DNA from: Methanosphaera stadtmanae DSM 3091
GTDB lineage: Archaea; Methanobacteriota; Methanobacteria; Methanobacteriales; Methanobacteriaceae
Assembly: GCF_000012545.1 (NCBI RefSeq)
Contig: NC_007681.1
Span: 1,710,001 to 1,742,000 of the forward strand
DNA: 32,000 nucleotides
Direction of reading: 5' to 3'
Position 1 is the stretch's first letter. Each line of letters opens with the position of its first letter. Under the pieces are notes generated by a model. The model did no database searches and was not told the DNA's origin. It saw nothing but the letters and a program-made list of their open reading frames with translations. The position numbers were made by a program, and so were the translations under genes. This document shows positions 27,310 through 32,000 of this stretch, one piece after another.

Positions 27310-28197
27310 ATGATAAATATGACAAATAAAGATACAGGAATATTATTAGTAGGACACGGTAGTAGAATTCCATATAATAAAAATATAATAAAAAAGATAA
27401 GAGAAAAATACCAAGAAATAATGCCAGACTACAACATAGAAATAGGATTCATGGAATTAGTAGAACCAAACATACCAACAGCATTTAACAAACTTAAAGA
27501 AACAGGAGTTAATAAGATAATAGTAAATCCCGTATTTTTAGCACATGGAATGCATACAAAAGTAGATATACCAACAATACTTGGATTAGAACCAGAAGTA
27601 GACCTAGAAAAACTACACATGCACCAACATGAACATAATCATAGTCATCACCATCATCATAGAGAAGCAAAATCAGAACCTGTGGACTTTGATGGAGAAA
27701 TAATATATCTTGAACCATTAGGTGCAGATGATAAAATAGTGGAAATAATTTCCAATAAAATCAATTCAAAACTAGAAAAAGATTCTCAAGATACTGGAAT
27801 ACTATTAATAGGACATGGAAGTAATCTTCCATATAATAATGAAGTTATTAAAACTATTGCAGAAAAATACATTGAAAATTCAGGAGATTATCCTATAGAA
27901 ACAGGATTTATGCAATTAAGTAAACCTTCAATTCCAGAAGCATTTAATAAACTCAAAGAAAAAGATGTGAAAAAAGTTATTGCTCTTCCAATATTTTTAG
28001 CACATGGAATTCATACAAAACTAGATATACCAACAGCACTTGGACTTAATCCACAACCCATTGAAAACTATCCAGTATCTAACGTATCAACAAGTGATGT
28101 TGTTGAATTTGATGGAGAAATAATATATCTTGAACCATTAGGTGCAGATGATAAAATAGTGGAAATAATACAAAATCGTGTAAATAAATATTTATAA
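27310..28197 (+). CDS. cbiX: tandem-fused CbiX(S)-CbiX(S) class II chelatase (sirohydrochlorin cobalto/nickel-chelatase family; CfbA/CbiX-like)
   Basis: 295 aa containing two complete CbiX small domains, each with GILL[VI]GHGS..PYN, F[ML][EQ]L..P.IP.AFNKLKE, [VI]FLAHG[MI]HTK.DIPT.LGL and FDGEIIYLEPLGADDKIVEII. Only the first half carries the His-rich loop HMHQHEHNHSHHHHH. Confidence 0.8.
   Translation: MINMTNKDTGILLVGHGSRIPYNKNIIKKIREKYQEIMPDYNIEIGFMELVEPNIPTAFNKLKETGVNKIIVNPVFLAHGMHTKVDIPTILGLEPEVDLEKLHMHQHEHNHSHHHHHREAKSEPVDFDGEIIYLEPLGADDKIVEIISNKINSKLEKDSQDTGILLIGHGSNLPYNNEVIKTIAEKYIENSGDYPIETGFMQLSKPSIPEAFNKLKEKDVKKVIALPIFLAHGIHTKLDIPTALGLNPQPIENYPVSNVSTSDVVEFDGEIIYLEPLGADDKIVEIIQNRVNKYL
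27688..27749 (+). repeat. 62-bp perfect direct repeat, copy 1 (C-terminal end of CbiX domain 1)
   Basis: tttgatggagaaataatatatcttgaaccattaggtgcagatgataaaatagtggaaataat is identical at 27688-27749 and 28108-28169 by manual alignment. Confidence 0.9.
28108..28169 (+). repeat. 62-bp perfect direct repeat, copy 2 (C-terminal end of CbiX domain 2)
   Basis: Identical to 27688-27749 and 420 bp downstream of it. Confidence 0.9.
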
Positions 28198-28394
28198 TAG
28201 AAACTGTAATATACTTATAAAAATAATCTCCCAATTACATAATTTGTATTAATTAGTTTACATATATTAAATAATATAAAAGTAGTTAATATACTTAATA
28301 ATAAATAGATGTTAATTTAATATAATAACTAAGAAATAGTTTATTAATAAAAAGAAAATTTCAAATTATTAATAAAAAAAACATAACTCAATAC

Positions 28395-28399
28395 GGAGG
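28395..28399 (+). promoter_or_regulatory. Shine-Dalgarno site GGAGG for the DUF35 gene
   Basis: GGAGG lies 7 nt upstream of the ATG at 28407. Confidence 0.55.
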
Positions 28400-28406
28400 A
28401 TTATAT

Positions 28407-28805
28407 ATGAGTGACATTATAAGAGGATGGCGTCATAACGATCAAAGATATAATTTAATAGGAACTAAATGTAAAACATGTGGAGAAACATTTTTTCCAA
28501 AACAAGTAGTTTGTCCTAACTGTAGAAGCCACGGAAGCATTGAAGATCTCCAATTTAAAGGAACAGGTAAAATTTATACATACTCAATAATCCATGCTGC
28601 TACTGATGAATTCAAAAATAATTCACCATATGCTGTAGGTATAATAGAGCTTGATGAAGGAGCTAAAATAACAGCACAAATTGTTGATTGCGACTTCGAT
28701 GAAATAGAAATTGGTGACGAAGTAGAAGTAGTATTTAGAAAAATAAGAGAAGATGGAAAAGAAGGAGTAATAACATATGGATACAAATTCAAACTCAAAG
28801 AATGA
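28407..28805 (+). CDS. DUF35 family Zn-ribbon/OB-fold protein
   Basis: 132 aa. CKTCGETFFPKQVVCPNC rubredoxin-like ribbon followed by the OB fold (GKIYTYSIIH...PYAVGIIELDEGAKITAQIV...IGDEVEVVF), the typical DUF35 architecture. Confidence 0.8.
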   Translation: MSDIIRGWRHNDQRYNLIGTKCKTCGETFFPKQVVCPNCRSHGSIEDLQFKGTGKIYTYSIIHAATDEFKNNSPYAVGIIELDEGAKITAQIVDCDFDEIEIGDEVEVVFRKIREDGKEGVITYGYKFKLKE

Positions 28806-29262
28806 TACTGGAATATTATTAATAGGTCATGGAAGTAGACTACCATACAACAAAGAAGTTATAAGTGCAATTGCAGAAAAATATGCACAAACAAAACCTG
28901 ATTACAACATAGAAGTAGGATTCATGGAATTAGCTGAACCAAACATACCAACAGCATTTAACAAACTTAAAGAAACAGGAGTTAACAGAATAATAGTAAC
29001 ACCTATCTTTTTAGCACATGGAATGCATACAAAAAGAGACATACCAACAATACTTGGATTAGAACCAGAAGTAAAAGAAGAACCTAATGGACACCATCAT
29101 CACGAACATGAACATCACCATGAACATGGGCATCATCACCACCATCACCATGGTGAAGTAGAAAAAGTTGAGTTTGATGGAGAAATAATTTACACCGAAC
29201 CAATAGGTGCAGATGATAAAATAGTTGATATTGTATCTGAAAAAGTAAATAAATACTTATAA
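28777..29262 (+). CDS. cbiX: CbiX(S)-type class II chelatase with a long His-rich loop (CfbA/CbiX-like)
   Basis: 161 aa. GILLIGHGSRLPYN, FMELAEPNIPTAFNKLKETG, IFLAHGMHTKRDIPTILGL, His tract HHHHEHEHHHEHGHHHHHHH, FDGEIIYTEPIGADDKIV. Overlaps the DUF35 gene by 29 nt if the ATG at 28777 is used. Confidence 0.8.
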   Translation: MDTNSNSKNDTGILLIGHGSRLPYNKEVISAIAEKYAQTKPDYNIEVGFMELAEPNIPTAFNKLKETGVNRIIVTPIFLAHGMHTKRDIPTILGLEPEVKEEPNGHHHHEHEHHHEHGHHHHHHHGEVEKVEFDGEIIYTEPIGADDKIVDIVSEKVNKYL

Positions 29263-29316
29263 ACAATACAACAAAATAACCTCCCTTTTTTTAATACTAA
29301 TTTTAAAAATTTAATT

Positions 29317-30327
29317 ATGATTAATATGAAAATATCAAAGATAGGCGAAAGAAAACTAATACAAAGACTTCTTAAGAAAAGAGATGAAACTCTAGGAAAT
29401 ATTGATAATACAATTCTTAAAAGTTACCATGATGATGCTGCAATAGAAGAAAATACTTCAAAATATACTGTCTTATCAACAGATATGCTTATACAACATT
29501 CTCATTTTCCAAAACAAATGACCTATTTTCAGATGGGAGAAAAAATAGTAACAGTAAATGTTAGTGACATTCTTGCAATGAATGCAACACCAGTATCTAT
29601 TCTCATAGCAATGGCACTTCCTAGCACATTAACAATAGATGAATTTGATGAAATAATTGATGGTATTTTATATAAATGTAAGGAATATGGTGTAACTCTT
29701 ATTGGAGGAGATCTTAATCAGTCAGATGAAATTATTCTTAGTGCAACTACCACGGGAAAAATAAATAAAAATATTAAATTACAAAGTAATATTCAAGAAG
29801 ATAATCTGGTGGCTATAACAGGACAACTTGGAATGCCTGCTGCAGCACTAGATTTACTTAGCAAATATGAAATTAAAGATTTATCTAATGAATATGAAGA
29901 GATTATAAAGAGTATTCTTGAACCAAATCTACCAATAAAAACTGCTAAATTTCTTAGAGAACATCCCACACTCATCACTAGTATGACAGACATAACTGAC
30001 GGACTTGCTATTGAATTAGGACATTTACATGAAAAAAATACCAACATTGGATTTGAAATATATGCAGATAAACTTCCATATAACAAGCACATTTCACAAA
30101 TAGCTACTGAAAATAACAAATCATTAAATGAATACCTTCTCCATTTTGGAGAGGAATTTGAACTATTATTAACATTAGATAAAAAAGAATACTTGAAATA
30201 TAAAGATAAATTAAATAATATACATATTATTGGTAAAGTAAATAACTCTGATAAAATTACATTAATAAGTCAAAAATCTGTTAAAACTATGAAAATAACA
30301 GGTTATGAACATTTAAAGGAGAATTAG
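29317..30327 (+). CDS. thiL: PurM-superfamily protein, ThiL-like (thiamine-monophosphate kinase / AIR synthase-related)
   Basis: 336 aa. IGERKLIQRL..., DDAA, STDMLIQHSHF, VNVSDILAMNATP, LIGGDLN: the ThiL-like motif order. Confidence 0.6.
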   Translation: MINMKISKIGERKLIQRLLKKRDETLGNIDNTILKSYHDDAAIEENTSKYTVLSTDMLIQHSHFPKQMTYFQMGEKIVTVNVSDILAMNATPVSILIAMALPSTLTIDEFDEIIDGILYKCKEYGVTLIGGDLNQSDEIILSATTTGKINKNIKLQSNIQEDNLVAITGQLGMPAAALDLLSKYEIKDLSNEYEEIIKSILEPNLPIKTAKFLREHPTLITSMTDITDGLAIELGHLHEKNTNIGFEIYADKLPYNKHISQIATENNKSLNEYLLHFGEEFELLLTLDKKEYLKYKDKLNNIHIIGKVNNSDKITLISQKSVKTMKITGYEHLKEN

Positions 30328-31269
30328 ATGACCTGCAATATCTGTCCAAATTATTGTAAATCTGATATAGATACAATTTGTAAACAAAACCCCCAATATG
30401 ATGATGAAAATGTAATTGATGCAGCCTCAGTTGCAATAGATCCAATAGAAAAAAAACCATTATATCATTACTTACCTGGAACTAAAACATTATCCATAGG
30501 AACTGTTGGTTGTAACTTAAATTGTATGAATTGTCAAAATCACACAATAGCACGACCTGAAAATGCTTTAATTGTACCTACAAAATCATATACTCCAGAA
30601 CAAATAGTTCAAAAAGCAATAGATAATGATATTCCAAGTATTTCATGGACATATAATGAACCAACAATACATCCAAAATGGATAATAAATACATCTCATC
30701 TTGCAAAAGAATATGATATTAAAACAATACTTGTTACAAATGGATACACATCCCAAGAAACTTTAGATAATTTATTAGAATATGTTGATGCTGTTAATGT
30801 TGATATTAAAAGTTTAGATGATGCATTTTATAAAAATGTTTGTTCTGGACGACTTGAACCTGTACTAAATTCTGTAAGATTCTATGTAAAAAATAATATT
30901 CATACAGAAATTACCAATTTATTAATACCAGGATATAATGATAATATTGTTGATATGAAAAAGATAATAAACTTCGTAGTTAAATTATCTGATAAGATAC
31001 CACTTCATTTCTCAGCATTCTATCCACAATATAAACTAAGTTCACTTGAACCTACCTCTGCAAATATCGTGTATAAAGCATGTGATCTTGGACAATATCT
31101 TGGATTAAAATATGTTTATCCTGGAAATGTCCCTGTATCCTACAAGAACAATACGTATTGTAAAAACTGTAGACATCTACTAATTGATAGAAGCAACAGT
31201 ATAAAAAGTTACATAAAGGATAAATGTGCTTGTCCTAACTGTAACCATAAAGTAGATATTATAATTTAA
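30328..31269 (+). CDS. AmmeMemoRadiSam-system-type radical SAM enzyme (PflA-like)
   Basis: 313 aa. N-terminal CNICPNYC, DPIEKKPLYHYLPG, radical SAM cluster GCNLNCMNCQNH, WTYNEPT, VTNGY, VDIKS, ITNLLIPGYND, C-terminal CKNC...CPNC ribbon. The ATG directly follows the thiL-like TAG stop. Confidence 0.8.
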   Translation: MTCNICPNYCKSDIDTICKQNPQYDDENVIDAASVAIDPIEKKPLYHYLPGTKTLSIGTVGCNLNCMNCQNHTIARPENALIVPTKSYTPEQIVQKAIDNDIPSISWTYNEPTIHPKWIINTSHLAKEYDIKTILVTNGYTSQETLDNLLEYVDAVNVDIKSLDDAFYKNVCSGRLEPVLNSVRFYVKNNIHTEITNLLIPGYNDNIVDMKKIINFVVKLSDKIPLHFSAFYPQYKLSSLEPTSANIVYKACDLGQYLGLKYVYPGNVPVSYKNNTYCKNCRHLLIDRSNSIKSYIKDKCACPNCNHKVDIII

Positions 31270-31324
31270 AATCTTATTTTAAAAAAAAGAATGGGGAAAG
31301 AACATGTAGATTATTTTTTTTAAT

Positions 31325-32000
31325 CTAAAATGTTCCACCTCCACCTCCACCAAATCCACCACCAACATCACCAATATCTCCAAAGGAGCCTGTATCTGTG
31401 ATTGATGTGTCAGGATCATGTAATAATGAATGCATAAACATATTTCCTCCATACATTGAGAAAAATACTGCATCTGATTCATAGTATTGTTCTTCTGGTA
31501 GATTTATGTATTTAAAGTATTTTTTCATGTTTCCACTTGCTTCACTTGCACAACCAAGTGCTGTTGCATAGACAAGATATTTTCCCCATACTTGTATAGA
31601 TGCTGGAGGATATTCTTTTATGAGACTATAATCCTTAATATATTTTTCAAAGTTTTTCCATTTATCATGGAATTCCTTTCCTTCAGATGTCCATTGTCCA
31701 AATATTGTATCAGGTAGTGCAAATACTATAGCTGATTCTATCGTTAATATAACACCTAGAACTAATGCAATATTATTATAATCACCCTTTGTAAGGCTAC
31801 TGTAGATTATTATTATCAAACCACTAATTAATAGCAGTGCACATACTAGTGATGCAACCTGATTACCCCTATTATTAAATAGTTTTCGTACTTCTAAGCT
31901 ATTTACTTCCTTATTTACATCTATTTTCCAAGCATCCATAAATTTACTAAATTCTACAGAATCCATACTACTTAATGAAATATGTCCTTCATCATCCTTA
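31325..32000 (-). CDS. DUF2207-like membrane protein, C-terminal part; the gene continues past the right edge
   Basis: The frame stays open upstream of the M at 31966 through to 32000 (..KDDEGHISLSSMDSVEF). TM helices and the poly-Gly C-terminus GGGFGGGGGGTF are typical of DUF2207 proteins. Confidence 0.6.
   Translation of the reverse strand, partial: KDDEGHISLSSMDSVEFSKFMDAWKIDVNKEVNSLEVRKLFNNRGNQVASLVCALLLISGLIIIIYSSLTKGDYNNIALVLGVILTIESAIVFALPDTIFGQWTSEGKEFHDKWKNFEKYIKDYSLIKEYPPASIQVWGKYLVYATALGCASEASGNMKKYFKYINLPEEQYYESDAVFFSMYGGNMFMHSLLHDPDTSITDTGSFGDIGDVGGGFGGGGGGTF

Noticed and set aside
31279-31482. 67-aa minus-strand ORF overlapping the 3-prime end of the DUF2207-like gene
   Set aside because: It is an alternative frame of the same strand within a better-supported longer ORF, and its translation shows nothing recognisable.
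1-32000. Search for CRISPR arrays, tRNA/rRNA genes, transposases, integrases, or att-like direct repeats flanking the 14.3-19.8 kb operon
   Set aside because: I recognised none by eye. There are no GC-rich islands or regularly spaced repeats. The operon's mobility therefore remains unproven and would need comparative genomics and computed repeat searches.

Overview
Very AT-rich chromosomal DNA from a methanogenic archaeon of the Methanobacteriales type (Methanosphaera/Methanobrevibacter-like: archaeal information-processing genes, Asn-rich inserts, Shine-Dalgarno sites, oligo-T terminators). I saw no rRNA, tRNA, CRISPR array, transposase or integrase. Positions 1-14313 are housekeeping genes: GINS-like (partial), PCNA, TFS, a NUDIX hydrolase, the dph2-csl4-rpoL block, a purine phosphoribosyltransferase, SRP54, a 969-aa multi-module glycosyltransferase, and pus10-rpl21e-rpoF-ksgA-hemK-like. 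The standout is 14308-19794, a tightly spaced minus-strand operon. In transcription order it encodes a DUF2997-like mini-protein, an internally duplicated Ycf35/DUF1257-like protein, a Ycf46-type AAA+ ATPase, an NrdG-type radical-SAM activase with no glycyl-radical enzyme partner, a triple zinc-ribbon/PH-like protein split by a 1-nt frameshift in a homopolymer, and a zinc-ribbon/helical protein. I know of no described function for this combination and propose it as the candidate novel system. Two of its proteins and the divergently transcribed membrane-anchored ComEA-like HhH protein (20084-20635) end in a similar R-x-(L)-D-[LF] tail. Downstream lie an NRAMP-related transporter with Mg-type (NRMT-like) site substitutions paired with a membrane-less MgtE-N/CBS protein, an Lrp/AsnC regulator, a YczE/YitT-like membrane protein and two pilin-like (class III signal) proteins. 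The last block holds a tandem-fused CbiX-CbiX chelatase, a DUF35 protein, a third His-rich CbiX with signs of gene conversion, a ThiL-like protein coupled to an AmmeMemoRadiSam-type radical SAM enzyme, and a partial DUF2207-like membrane protein. All functional calls rest on motif recognition by eye; no database search was run.
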